DNA of 64,000 nucleotides. Source: Minisyncoccia bacterium. Its GTDB lineage: Bacteria > Patescibacteriota > Minisyncoccia > Phycocordibacterales > Phycocordibacteraceae. The stretch's first letter is position 1, and each line of letters opens with the position of its first letter. The notes beneath the pieces were generated by a model, which worked only from the letters and a program-made list of their open reading frames with translations, had not been told where the DNA came from and ran no database searches. Below are positions 33,221 to 44,549 of this stretch, in pieces. The stretch covers positions 1,499-65,498 of the forward strand of contig JBGPJZ010000002.1 in the NCBI GenBank assembly GCA_041485695.1, read 5' to 3'. The position numbers and the translations under genes are program-made.

Positions 33221-34720
33221 TTATACGGCACTGGCGATTGAAAAAAGGCGTTCTTCAGCCTGGTGAGGCGCAGTGAAGTGGATGCCAACCGGAAGGCCAT
33301 TTACGTCTCCCATCGGCACCGAGATGGCGGGCATGCCGGTGAGGTTCGCGGTGACGGTGAAGATGTCTTCGAGATACATTGCAACCGGGTCCGACTTCTC
33401 GCCGATTTTGAACGCCGATGCGGCGGTCGTCGGGAATGCGATGACATCGCATTTTTTGAAAGCCTCATTGTACTCGCGACGCAAAAGCTCTCTCGATGCG
33501 TCGGCCTTGCGATAGTAGGCATCGATATAACCCGAGGAGAGGACGAAGGTGCCGAGCAAGATGCGGCGGCGCGTTTCGGGGCCGAAACCTTCGGTACGCG
33601 ACTTTATGTAATCCTCAAGCAAGGTCGCACCGCCCCTCGTCAGGGACTTCGCTGCGTCGCGTGCGGCGTGACCATAGCGCATACCATCAAGCCGCGCGAG
33701 GTTGGTCGAGACTTCAGCCGGCATCACGACGTAGTAGGACGCGAGCGCATACTCGCTCGTGGGGAGTTTAATATCCACTATGTCATACCCCTCTGCTTTC
33801 AGCTTTCCGATTGTTTTTTCAAATGCCGAGAGTACTTCTGCATCAATGCCCTTCTTGAGTAGATGTCGCGGGACTCCGATTCGCATGACCCGTATCGTTC
33901 CAGAGCCAGCGCCTGCGAAAAAGTCCTCGGGTCTCCCGTCTGGGTCGGGCCAGACTGTTTTCTCGGCATCTGTCTCCTTCACTACATGCGCGCCGAGTGT
34001 TTGCGAATCCATCGCGTCTCGGCCAGCGATTGCGTCGTATAAAATCTTCGCGTCCTCGACTGTTTTTGCCAGTGGGCCGATCTGGTCGAGCGAGGAGCCC
34101 ATCGCGATGAGGCCGTAGCGAGAGACGGCGCCATAGGTGGGCTTCAGGCCGACGATGCCGCAGTGCGCCGCAGGCTGGCGAATAGAGCCGCCCGTATCGC
34201 TCCCTAAGGCCGCGATGCAGAGATGTGCGGCGACTGCGGCGGAGGAGCCGCCGGAGGAGCCGCCGGGCACGCGCGAGGTATCATGCGGATTCTTCGTCAC
34301 GCCGAAGGCCGAGTGCTCGGTCGAAGAGCCCATCGCGAACTCGTCCATGTTGGTGCGGCCGAGGAAAAGTGCGTTTTGAGTTTTGAGTCTCGAGATGACG
34401 GTCGCGCTGTAAGGGGCACGATAGTTCGCGAGCATTTTAGAAGCGGCACTCGCGATTTTCCCTTCAATCAAGATGTTGTCTTTGATTGCGAGCGGGATGC
34501 CGCAGAGAAGTGGCGCAGCATCCCCTTCCCTCTCGATGCGTTCTTGCGCCGCTTTTATCGCCGCATCATCAGCATTAAAAATCTCGAGGTACGCATTCAA
34601 TTCAGGATTCTTCGCGTGCGCGACCTCTGCGCACGCGTCCCACAGTTCTTGCACGCTAAATTCTTTTGCCCGCAATCCTCGAGCAGCATCAACAATCGTC
34701 AGTTGATTCAGCTTACTCAT
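33221..34720 (-). CDS. gatA: Glu-tRNA(Gln)/Asp-tRNA(Asn) amidotransferase subunit A
   Basis: Amidase signature GGSSGGSAAAVA…SDTGGSIRQPA, full length (499 aa). Confidence 0.95.
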   Translation of the reverse strand: MSKLNQLTIVDAARGLRAKEFSVQELWDACAEVAHAKNPELNAYLEIFNADDAAIKAAQERIEREGDAAPLLCGIPLAIKDNILIEGKIASAASKMLANYRAPYSATVISRLKTQNALFLGRTNMDEFAMGSSTEHSAFGVTKNPHDTSRVPGGSSGGSSAAVAAHLCIAALGSDTGGSIRQPAAHCGIVGLKPTYGAVSRYGLIAMGSSLDQIGPLAKTVEDAKILYDAIAGRDAMDSQTLGAHVVKETDAEKTVWPDPDGRPEDFFAGAGSGTIRVMRIGVPRHLLKKGIDAEVLSAFEKTIGKLKAEGYDIVDIKLPTSEYALASYYVVMPAEVSTNLARLDGMRYGHAARDAAKSLTRGGATLLEDYIKSRTEGFGPETRRRILLGTFVLSSGYIDAYYRKADASRELLRREYNEAFKKCDVIAFPTTAASAFKIGEKSDPVAMYLEDIFTVTANLTGMPAISVPMGDVNGLPVGIHFTAPHQAEERLFSIASAV

Positions 34721-35003
34721 GGCTGATGACCTGCTTCACCACAAGCGCATTGCCCTCTTTCTCCGGAAATGCTTCCACGAGCTTTTCCGTCCACGTCCCT
34801 GCAGATGTGGGGTTCTCATCCGCACGGAACACGTTCCGTAACGCTGGCATGCTTTTTAAATCTTTAGGCAAATCTAATTTCTCTAACTGCCCCACATACG
34901 CCAAAATTGCCTCAAATTCTTTCGTGAATTTCGGCAATTCCTCCTCGCTCACTTCTATCCGCACCAAGCTCGCAAGTTTTTTTACCTCTTCAGCCGTTGC
35001 CAT
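34713..35003 (-). CDS. gatC: Glu-tRNA(Gln)/Asp-tRNA(Asn) amidotransferase subunit C
   Basis: 96 aa; typical GatC start MATAEEVKKLASLVRIEVSEEE; overlaps gatA by 8 nt. Confidence 0.85.
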   Translation of the reverse strand: MATAEEVKKLASLVRIEVSEEELPKFTKEFEAILAYVGQLEKLDLPKDLKSMPALRNVFRADENPTSAGTWTEKLVEAFPEKEGNALVVKQVISHE

Positions 35004-35015
35004 ACGCCTACTCTA

Positions 35016-37605
<2,590 letters not shown>

Positions 37606-37615
<10 letters not shown>

Positions 37616-38247
37616 GGCGAAAGGTAATCAGTAAGAACGATCGAATTCGTTACCCCATGGTAGGTCCATGACACGGTCGATACCACTTCGACCTCTGGAC
37701 CGAAGCTATAGAACCGGAGCGATCGAGTAAATAAAGGGGCGCCTGAAGCCGTAAGCGTGTACTGCCCGCCCGAGAGGTAGAGGGTTGGACACGAGTTCAC
37801 CGATGGACAGACCTGGAGTGCCTTGCCAGACCCGATACCAATCGCGAATGAAGGGTCAAGCGCACAGGCAACCGTACCGTCACCTCCCGGAGAACCCCCA
37901 GGATTACTGATTGCATTATAGGGATTGCCTTCGCATCCATAAATCGAAGTATCCACCCCGCTCACGCCGTTGGTAAAGTCATCATAGAACGCGGTCGACG
38001 AGAGATCGGCGACGTTGTTCTGGTAATCGGCGAGATAGGTATTATCGCGGAGCATTCGGACATATTCGATGCCCTCTTGAGCCAGATACGAGGCCATCAG
38101 GCGGTTCTTAGAATCGACCGCGGCGAGGTATGAGCGTACTGAAGACGAGAACGGCCCCGCTATCGCAACCGTAACGAGAGCAGTCGCAACCAAGGCCTCA
38201 ATCAAGGTGAATCCCGTCCTTTTGCATGTAGACAAGGCTGGGATCAT
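37606..38247 (-). CDS. Type IV minor pilin-like protein
   Basis: Prepilin motif RTGFTLIEALVATALVTVAI. Confidence 0.65.
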
Positions 38248-38807
38248 ATATCGATGCCGCGCGTCGTCGCTGCCGACTCGATCGAGAACGAAAACGTCTG
38301 TCCTTTCCCTGCGACGGCAGTCCCTGTTATGGTCATGCGCACAAAAGGCTGCGTATAGTTCCCTGCGCCAGTCCCAGCCGAGCCGGTAAGGTAAAACGCG
38401 AGCGACGTGATGTTGACTCTCGTGTCGGTGAGCGAGAACGAGCTGCCTGCAACTGTTTCCCGGATGTAGCCATTCACCCCGCCCGCGGCCGGCACAAAGG
38501 TGTAGGTGATATTCTGACCGCCCGCATCGACGAACGAAAAGGCGGTGCCGCCCACACAGTCAGTGCCAGCAGCAAGGCATCCGTACCCCGAACCGGTACG
38601 AATCGAGCGGGTCATATTTTCAAACACGAAAGAAATATTATCGGCAGCGAGCGCTGTCGCTTGGGCATGCGCATTGAGGTCGATTATCACCAGGTACGCG
38701 CCGGCGGAAAGTGTCATAATAACTGCAAAGATGCCCACCGACACGAGAAGCTCGACGAGCGTAAAGCCCTGAGAGAGGTGGCGCTGGCGGGGGGAGGTCA
38801 TGGGCAA
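38244..38807 (-). CDS. Type IV minor pilin-like protein
   Basis: Prepilin motif SQGFTLVELLVSVGIFAVIM. Confidence 0.65.
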   Translation of the reverse strand: MPMTSPRQRHLSQGFTLVELLVSVGIFAVIMTLSAGAYLVIIDLNAHAQATALAADNISFVFENMTRSIRTGSGYGCLAAGTDCVGGTAFSFVDAGGQNITYTFVPAAGGVNGYIRETVAGSSFSLTDTRVNITSLAFYLTGSAGTGAGNYTQPFVRMTITGTAVAGKGQTFSFSIESAATTRGIDI

Positions 38808-39484
38808 GTTGAGGTGGCAGAGATTTCGCCCACCTGATTAACGAATAGGGAGCGAGTAGCGCCCTCGGGGCTCGAGACCTTGACGCATGCCACGGTAAAG
38901 GGGACTCCGCCAGTCGTCGTCGCACCCGCCCCTACATTCCCCACTCCAAAGACCGCCGTCGTGTTGGGGCGCGTGAAGACGATTGAAAGATGCTGGGTCG
39001 AGTTCGCTCCACCGGTCTTGCAGTACGATGTGGCGGGCATAAGAGTGAAAGCGCAGAAATTGCTTATTTCCATTCTGTTATTCAGCGTGAATGTTTGCAC
39101 GAGGGAGTCAGCGCCAGAAATAAAATAGCCGTTGCCGGGGGTGCAATTGGGCCTGACGCACGCCGCCGCCGGATCGGTGTCCGCAAAAAAGACGAACGAG
39201 CCCGGGGCGGCACTGTCGAAGTCGAGGCCATACCCGGCATTGCTCACGACCCCGATCGTACGGCTCCCGATGCCGTAGATCTGGGCATTGCGAAGAGTCA
39301 GGGCGATGTCTGCGGCTGTGGTCGAAAGGAGGATCGTACGGCTAAACGAGCTCTGGCCTAGGATGACGACGATGCTTAAGACGGCGATGATGGCAGCAAC
39401 GACCACTAGTTCGACAATGGTGAACCCAGCACTCACGCGCCGAAAGCGCGAAAGAGAGAAGCGACGAGTGCGAAAGCGTCCCAT
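38798..39484 (-). CDS. Type IV minor pilin-like protein
   Basis: Start at internal Met MGRFRTRRFSLSRFRRVSAGFTIVELVVVAAIIAVL. The 116-aa upstream ORF extension is Arg/Cys-rich junk overlapping pilD and is rejected. Confidence 0.6.
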   Translation of the reverse strand: MGRFRTRRFSLSRFRRVSAGFTIVELVVVAAIIAVLSIVVILGQSSFSRTILLSTTAADIALTLRNAQIYGIGSRTIGVVSNAGYGLDFDSAAPGSFVFFADTDPAAACVRPNCTPGNGYFISGADSLVQTFTLNNRMEISNFCAFTLMPATSYCKTGGANSTQHLSIVFTRPNTTAVFGVGNVGAGATTTGGVPFTVACVKVSSPEGATRSLFVNQVGEISATSTCP

Positions 39485-40215
39485 GAGGTGAAGTGTGCGA
39501 GAAGGAAGCCGGCCGCCAGATATGGGGCGAACGGCACCTCGCTCTCTATGGTAGCGCCGAGTGCCCTTCGCGCCAATAGGATTATCCCGATAACCCCGCC
39601 GATCCAAAACGAGAAGATGAGGCCAGAGAGCGCAAGCGGCGAACCAGCAAGGAGAGCGAGCCCGAATGCTAAGGGAGCGTCGGCAAGCCCCATCGCGCGC
39701 CCGGAGGAGGCAAGGTGCACTGTCGCCAACAAGGAACCGAAAAGAAGCGCTGTACAGACAGTGAGTGCGAGTGCAATCACGGAGGGAGCTGCGGCTACCG
39801 CCACGTAGGCCGCGCAAGCTACAAATAGCCACAGGAGAGTGGGCGGCAAGATGGAATGGGCTAGGTCATAGAGTACGAGCCCGGTGAGGAGGACAAGCGC
39901 GAGCAAGAGGCCGGGGAGTACGGGCGAGAGACCGACCTTGAGGTAACTAAGTGCGAAGAGCGTCCCGAGCATCACCTCAGCGAGAGTTGATGTAGGAGAG
40001 ACTCGCACCAAGCAGGTACGGCAACGCCCGAGGGAGATGAGCCACGAGAGTATCGGGATGAGCGCTAAGGGAGAGAGCGTTACACCGCAGGCATCGCAAT
40101 GCGAGCGCCCTCGCACGAGCGGCGCGCTGGTATACAAGCGCGCCGCTATGAGCCCGATAAAGCTCGCGGAGATGGCGCCAAGTACGAAAAACAACCCCGC
40201 GGTAAGCGCAGCCAT
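39433..40215 (-). CDS. pilD: Prepilin peptidase (A24 family)
   Basis: Polytopic membrane protein with an N-terminal tetra-Cys motif CDACGV…CRTC and aspartate-containing loops. Start placed at Met after the upstream pilin stop. Confidence 0.75.
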   Translation of the reverse strand: MAALTAGLFFVLGAISASFIGLIAARLYTSAPLVRGRSHCDACGVTLSPLALIPILSWLISLGRCRTCLVRVSPTSTLAEVMLGTLFALSYLKVGLSPVLPGLLLALVLLTGLVLYDLAHSILPPTLLWLFVACAAYVAVAAAPSVIALALTVCTALLFGSLLATVHLASSGRAMGLADAPLAFGLALLAGSPLALSGLIFSFWIGGVIGIILLARRALGATIESEVPFAPYLAAGFLLAHFTSWDAFALVASLFRAFGA

Positions 40216-40217
40216 CC

Positions 40218-40709
40218 CTAGCGCACCGTACACGGAACGCACGCGTTCCCGACAATAGGTGTCGCCAAATCTCCCGCGTTGCCATCGTTCCCACACTTGA
40301 GACCAGTCGAATCAGCGCACCAGAACTTTGAGCTTGCACCCCCTGGCCGGGTCACTGCAACGGCATATTCGGGAGCGGCCGAGATACAGAACGTGGACCC
40401 GCCTGCCGAGGCCTGGAGCGCTGCTGCAATTGCGGCCTCTACGTTCGGGTCATGAAAGACCGAGTTACCGGAGACATCACCCGGCAAGGGGCACGGAGCT
40501 GGGCTACCGCCCGCGTCGAAAGCGTCGTAGGTCTGGCCGTTGTCATAGAAGAGGGTCGCTTGGGTTGCAACCGTACTCACGTTTGCTTTTATAGCGGCGT
40601 CATCCCCCTTCCCGCGCGCGGTGTTGAGGGAGGCGAGCACAACCGCCGCAAGAATACCGATGATGGCAATCACGACGAGGAGCTCGATTAGGGTAAATCC
40701 CTTTCTCAT
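40218..40709 (-). CDS. Type IV major pilin paralogue 3
   Basis: MRKGFTLIELLVVIAIIGILAAVVLASLNTARGKG; C-terminal Cys pairs. Confidence 0.8.
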   Translation of the reverse strand: MRKGFTLIELLVVIAIIGILAAVVLASLNTARGKGDDAAIKANVSTVATQATLFYDNGQTYDAFDAGGSPAPCPLPGDVSGNSVFHDPNVEAAIAAALQASAGGSTFCISAAPEYAVAVTRPGGASSKFWCADSTGLKCGNDGNAGDLATPIVGNACVPCTVR

Positions 40710-40722
40710 AGGTGAGATAAAA

Positions 40723-41208
40723 TTAAGGACAAGCGGTGGCATTCGCTCCTAAATAGGTAGCCGCGGGGGACGCTTTCGAGACCCCGGCGCTGTCTACGCA
40801 CCACATATTTGCGGGATTAGATTTGAGAGGAGCCTCTGCCGCCCAGGCATTGGCAGTGGAGTGGCAGGTAACCTTCCCCGAAGCACCAGGTGTAGCGATA
40901 GCGATAACCACCGCGCCAGCATTCGTTATGCTTGCGGCGGCGCTCAGCATGTCACCAAGCGGCTTTGTCGAGCCTATGGCAGTGGTACCGCACACATCGT
41001 GCGTCGCATCAATAAAGTACTTATTGCCATTCGCGTCATAAAAGAGCTCCGCCTGCGGGCGGGTGGCTGCCATTTGGCTTTTAACTGTCGCATCGGCGCC
41101 TTTGCCGCGCGACGTATTCAAGCTCGCCAGCACTATCGCTGAAAGGACGCCGAGAATGGCAACGACGACCAGGAGTTCGATAAGGGTAAAGCCGCGTGGA
41201 AGAATCAT
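40723..41208 (-). CDS. Type IV major pilin paralogue 2
   Basis: MILPRGFTLIELLVVVAILGVLSAIVLASLNTSRGKG; C-terminal Cys pairs. Confidence 0.8.
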   Translation of the reverse strand: MILPRGFTLIELLVVVAILGVLSAIVLASLNTSRGKGADATVKSQMAATRPQAELFYDANGNKYFIDATHDVCGTTAIGSTKPLGDMLSAAASITNAGAVVIAIATPGASGKVTCHSTANAWAAEAPLKSNPANMWCVDSAGVSKASPAATYLGANATACP

Positions 41209-41310
41209 GTAGCTATCGTACCAGACCATTCCTGACAACGGCAAGAGAGAGCCTGGGGAGAACAAAAAGACCCCTTTTGGGGTCTTTTTGCTCCAAAAGA
41301 AAGACGGACT

Positions 41311-41778
41311 TTAGATACAAGCGGTGGCAGCCGCAAGCATATACGTACCTTCAGCCTTTGAAGCTCCGGTGCTATCAACGCACCACATACCGCCGGCCTT
41401 AATTGGAGCATCTACTACCCACGCCGATACAGGAGCGGCGGCCGTGTCGTGACAGGTAACCTGCGTCAGAGTACCTACTTGGGAAGGCGGGTTAGCTGAA
41501 GACAGCAAGTTTGTAGTAGCACCTGACGACGAGGCGGCTGCAGTGCGCATGTTTGAGAAACTGGCTGATGCGCAAAGACCGTTATATGTTGTGCCGTTAT
41601 CGTAGAAGATTTCAGCCGCCGCACGCATACTTGCCAACTGGCTCTTGGTCGCGGCGTCAGCACCCTTGTTACGGGCGGTGTTCAAGGAGGCCAAGACGAC
41701 GGAAGAAAGAATCCCAATAATGGCAATGACGACGAGAAGTTCAATAAGCGTGAAGCCGCGTGAGCGAATGTGTTGCAT
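41311..41778 (-). CDS. Type IV major pilin paralogue 1
   Basis: MQHIRSRGFTLIELLVVIAIIGILSSVVLASLNTARNKG; C-terminal Cys pairs. Confidence 0.85.
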   Translation of the reverse strand: MQHIRSRGFTLIELLVVIAIIGILSSVVLASLNTARNKGADAATKSQLASMRAAAEIFYDNGTTYNGLCASASFSNMRTAAASSSGATTNLLSSANPPSQVGTLTQVTCHDTAAAPVSAWVVDAPIKAGGMWCVDSTGASKAEGTYMLAAATACI

Positions 41779-41872
41779 AGTAAATCTATTGGTTAATGGA
41801 CGTAGTATACGCTACCTAGAGGGAGAGCAATACTGGGGTGTGGATATCCCTCTGCCTAGGGGGACAGGCCGC

Positions 41873-43078
41873 TTAGATAGCGCCTGCCATGTTGTAAATT
41901 GGCATAAGGATGGCAGCGAGGAGTGTACCGACCCCGAGGCCGAGGAGGACGATCATGAGGGGCTCGATAAGCCCAATCAGGGTATCGACCGCGTTGCTTA
42001 CTTCGCGATTGTAAAACTTGGCGAGGGTGATGAGTATTTTGCCGAGCTCGCCCGTCTCCTCCCCCACGCGCACCATGGCGACCATGATGCCCGGGATCTC
42101 TCCGTGGCGCGAGAGTGCGTCAGAAATGGCTGCCCCGCCCTTCACCGCCTCGGCAACCTCTTTGAGGATTTTGCTGTAGACAGAGTTCCCCACCACTGAA
42201 GCCGTGATGTCGAGCGCCTCTACGACAGGGACCCCGGAGATAAGCATAGTGGAGAAGTTGTCGGCGATGCGCGCGAGGAACAGCTTGTGGTAGAGGTCAC
42301 CCACGTACGGCACCCCGAGCTCTAAGGAGTCGAGGATGTACTTCCCGCCTGGGGTGCGTGAAAGCTGGAAGCCATAGGCGACGACCGCAAGAATCGCTAT
42401 CAAAACGAAAACGCCATAATGGAGGAAGAAATCCGAGAGCGCAATCACAATCCTGGTATAGATGGGCAGCTCTTGGCCAGAATCGAGCAATATCGTGGAG
42501 ATCTGCGGTACGACGTAGGTAAGCATGAGTATCATCACTGCGATAAAGACGCAGATGACGAAGGCTGGGTAGATGAGCGCGTTCTTAGCCTTCGTGACGA
42601 CCTCGTAGGTACGGTCGAGATAATCGGCAAGGTACCCGAAGGTTTCAGAGAGCTTGCCCGACTCTTCGCCGGCACGCACCATATTGACGTAAAAGGCGCT
42701 AAAGGCCGCCGGGTGCTTTGAGAGCGCCTTGCTGATGGGGCTCCCGCCCTGGAGATCGTCGGCAACTGAGGAAAGGATGCTCGCGAGGCGCTTATTCCCT
42801 ACCTCGCTTGCGAGGAGGCGAAAAACGCGTAGCGCCGAGACCTGCGCCTCGAAAAGGGTGGCTATTTGGCGTGAAAGGATGACGACGTCTTTGTTCTTGA
42901 TATGGGTGAAGATGTTTATCTCAAACGAGAGTCCGGCCTTCTTTTCGGGGGTGCTGATCGCAGAGATGACGAGGCCGCGACGCTGGAGCGCCGTCACCGC
43001 AACCTCTTGCGAGAGGGCCTCGATAGTGCCCTGCCGCTCGTGGCCGTCTTGGTCGATGGCTCGATACGTAAACAGCAT
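41873..43078 (-). CDS. pilC: Type IV pilus inner-membrane platform protein PilC (GspF family)
   Basis: 401 aa with two T2SSF repeats and three TM segments. Confidence 0.9.
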   Translation of the reverse strand: MLFTYRAIDQDGHERQGTIEALSQEVAVTALQRRGLVISAISTPEKKAGLSFEINIFTHIKNKDVVILSRQIATLFEAQVSALRVFRLLASEVGNKRLASILSSVADDLQGGSPISKALSKHPAAFSAFYVNMVRAGEESGKLSETFGYLADYLDRTYEVVTKAKNALIYPAFVICVFIAVMILMLTYVVPQISTILLDSGQELPIYTRIVIALSDFFLHYGVFVLIAILAVVAYGFQLSRTPGGKYILDSLELGVPYVGDLYHKLFLARIADNFSTMLISGVPVVEALDITASVVGNSVYSKILKEVAEAVKGGAAISDALSRHGEIPGIMVAMVRVGEETGELGKILITLAKFYNREVSNAVDTLIGLIEPLMIVLLGLGVGTLLAAILMPIYNMAGAI

Positions 43079-43080
43079 AG

Positions 43081-44139
43081 CTAGAGATAGCGCTCGAAGG
43101 TCTTGGGGTCGAGCGCGTGAAGCACGGCTTCTTCAGCCGCAACCTCTCCGCGGCGCACGAGCTCTGCAAGCGAGCGGTCCATATCGATCATCCCCTCTTG
43201 CGAGGAGGTCTGGATGACGGCTGTAATCTCGTGCGTCCTGGCCTCGCGGATGAGGTTGGAGACCGCATTGTTGTTGATGAGGAGCTCGTAGGCCGGGATA
43301 AGCCCGCCCGAGATGCGCTGCACCAACCGCTGGGAGAAGATGCCCGCCATGGAGCCAGCGAGCTGGACCCGTACTTGTGCCTGCTGCTCGGCCGGGAACA
43401 TGTCGATGATGCGGTCGATGGTCTGCGCTGCGTTATTGGTGTGCAGGGTGGAGAAGACGAGATGCCCTGTCTCTGCGGCGGTCACCGCCGCAGAGATAGT
43501 CTCATAATCGCGCATCTCACCGACCATGAGCACGTCAACGTCTTCGCGAAATGCCACTTGGAGCGCCGCATGGAAATCTTCCGCATCGATATGCACCTCG
43601 CGCTGGTGAATAAGCGATTTCTTGGGCGTGAAGAGGTACTCAATCGGGTCTTCAATCGTGAGGATGTGCTCCCCGCGACTCTCATTGATACGTTCGATCA
43701 TCGCGGCCAAGGTCGTCGACTTGCCCTGCCCTACCGGCCCCACGACGAGAAAGAACCCCTGCGGTCTGCCAGCAAATGTCTCAAGGATGGGCGGAAGGTT
43801 GAGTTCGGTAAGCGTACGTATCTTAGCCGGGATAAGGCGCATGGCTATCACCGTTACTCCTTGAGCCCTATACCCATTCACTCGAAAGCGTCCATCCTCT
43901 TTGTGGGCATATGAGAAATCGACGCTCTGGTTCTTCTCGAACACTTCCCATCTGCTCGATGGGACGATGTTTTTCAAGATTTGCTCGGTTTGCAAGGGTG
44001 TTAAGACTTCGTGAGTCGAGAGCGGGATGAGCTTCCCCGATACGCGAATGACGGGCGGGGATCCGGGCGAGAGATGGAGATCGGAGCCGTCCTGCGAGAT
44101 GACAGCGTCTAGAAGGTCGGCGAGGCGGATATCGGCCAT
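43081..44139 (-). CDS. pilT: Type IV pilus retraction ATPase PilT
   Basis: Start at MADIRLADLL…; Walker A GPVGQGKST, Asp box and His box (HLVFSTLHTN). The 106-aa Arg/Ser-rich 5' ORF extension is rejected. Confidence 0.85.
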   Translation of the reverse strand: MADIRLADLLDAVISQDGSDLHLSPGSPPVIRVSGKLIPLSTHEVLTPLQTEQILKNIVPSSRWEVFEKNQSVDFSYAHKEDGRFRVNGYRAQGVTVIAMRLIPAKIRTLTELNLPPILETFAGRPQGFFLVVGPVGQGKSTTLAAMIERINESRGEHILTIEDPIEYLFTPKKSLIHQREVHIDAEDFHAALQVAFREDVDVLMVGEMRDYETISAAVTAAETGHLVFSTLHTNNAAQTIDRIIDMFPAEQQAQVRVQLAGSMAGIFSQRLVQRISGGLIPAYELLINNNAVSNLIREARTHEITAVIQTSSQEGMIDMDRSLAELVRRGEVAAEEAVLHALDPKTFERYL

Positions 44140-44140
44140 A

Positions 44141-44527
44141 CTAGGAGCGAGTCTTTTCGATGGTCGCGACCGTCTCTGCAAGCACCTCGGACGGGATTGC
44201 GGACGCTTTAACGATGTAACCAACGGCTCCGAGCGCCTTTGCCTTCTCGAGGTCAGACTCCTGCCCCTGGTTCGAGAGGATGATGATGCGCGCCTTCTCG
44301 GCGAGGTGCTCTTTGCGTATCGTTTCAAGGACTGCGAAGCCATCGATGCCCGGCATGATGAGATCGAGGAGTATGGCATCCGGTTCAGCCTCCTTTTTGC
44401 GAAGTACGGCGAGGAGTTCATCGCCTCCGGAGAACGTGAGCACCTCGTGGCCCGCATTCTTGAATTTCACTGCGTAGAGGTCGAGAAGGAATCGGTCATC
44501 GTCTGTGAGGTAGATGCGATAGGCCAT
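44141..44527 (-). CDS. Single-domain response regulator (CheY-like receiver)
   Basis: 128 aa; acidic pocket DDD, phospho-acceptor LLDLIMPGIDG, conserved Thr/Lys (ILSNQ…GYIVK). Confidence 0.8.
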   Translation of the reverse strand: MAYRIYLTDDDRFLLDLYAVKFKNAGHEVLTFSGGDELLAVLRKKEAEPDAILLDLIMPGIDGFAVLETIRKEHLAEKARIIILSNQGQESDLEKAKALGAVGYIVKASAIPSEVLAETVATIEKTRS

Positions 44528-44549
44528 AGTAAGGGTACGTAAATAGTGG

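Noticed and set aside
43117-43914. 265-aa plus-strand ORF antisense to pilT, and similar antisense ORFs opposite pilB (45436-45981), prfB (14274-14657), the ABC genes (7046-7324, 8094-8699) and gatA (33263-33862)
   Set aside because: All overlap confidently assigned genes on the other strand and show Arg/His/Leu-rich junk composition. They are open-frame artefacts of high GC.
44140-44457. 106-aa N-terminal extension of the pilT ORF and 116-aa extension of the minor-pilin ORF (39485-39832)
   Set aside because: The extensions are Arg/Ser/Cys-rich and non-globular, overlap the upstream genes, and start upstream of internal Mets that give canonical N-termini (MADIRLADLL for PilT; GFTIVEL prepilin motif).
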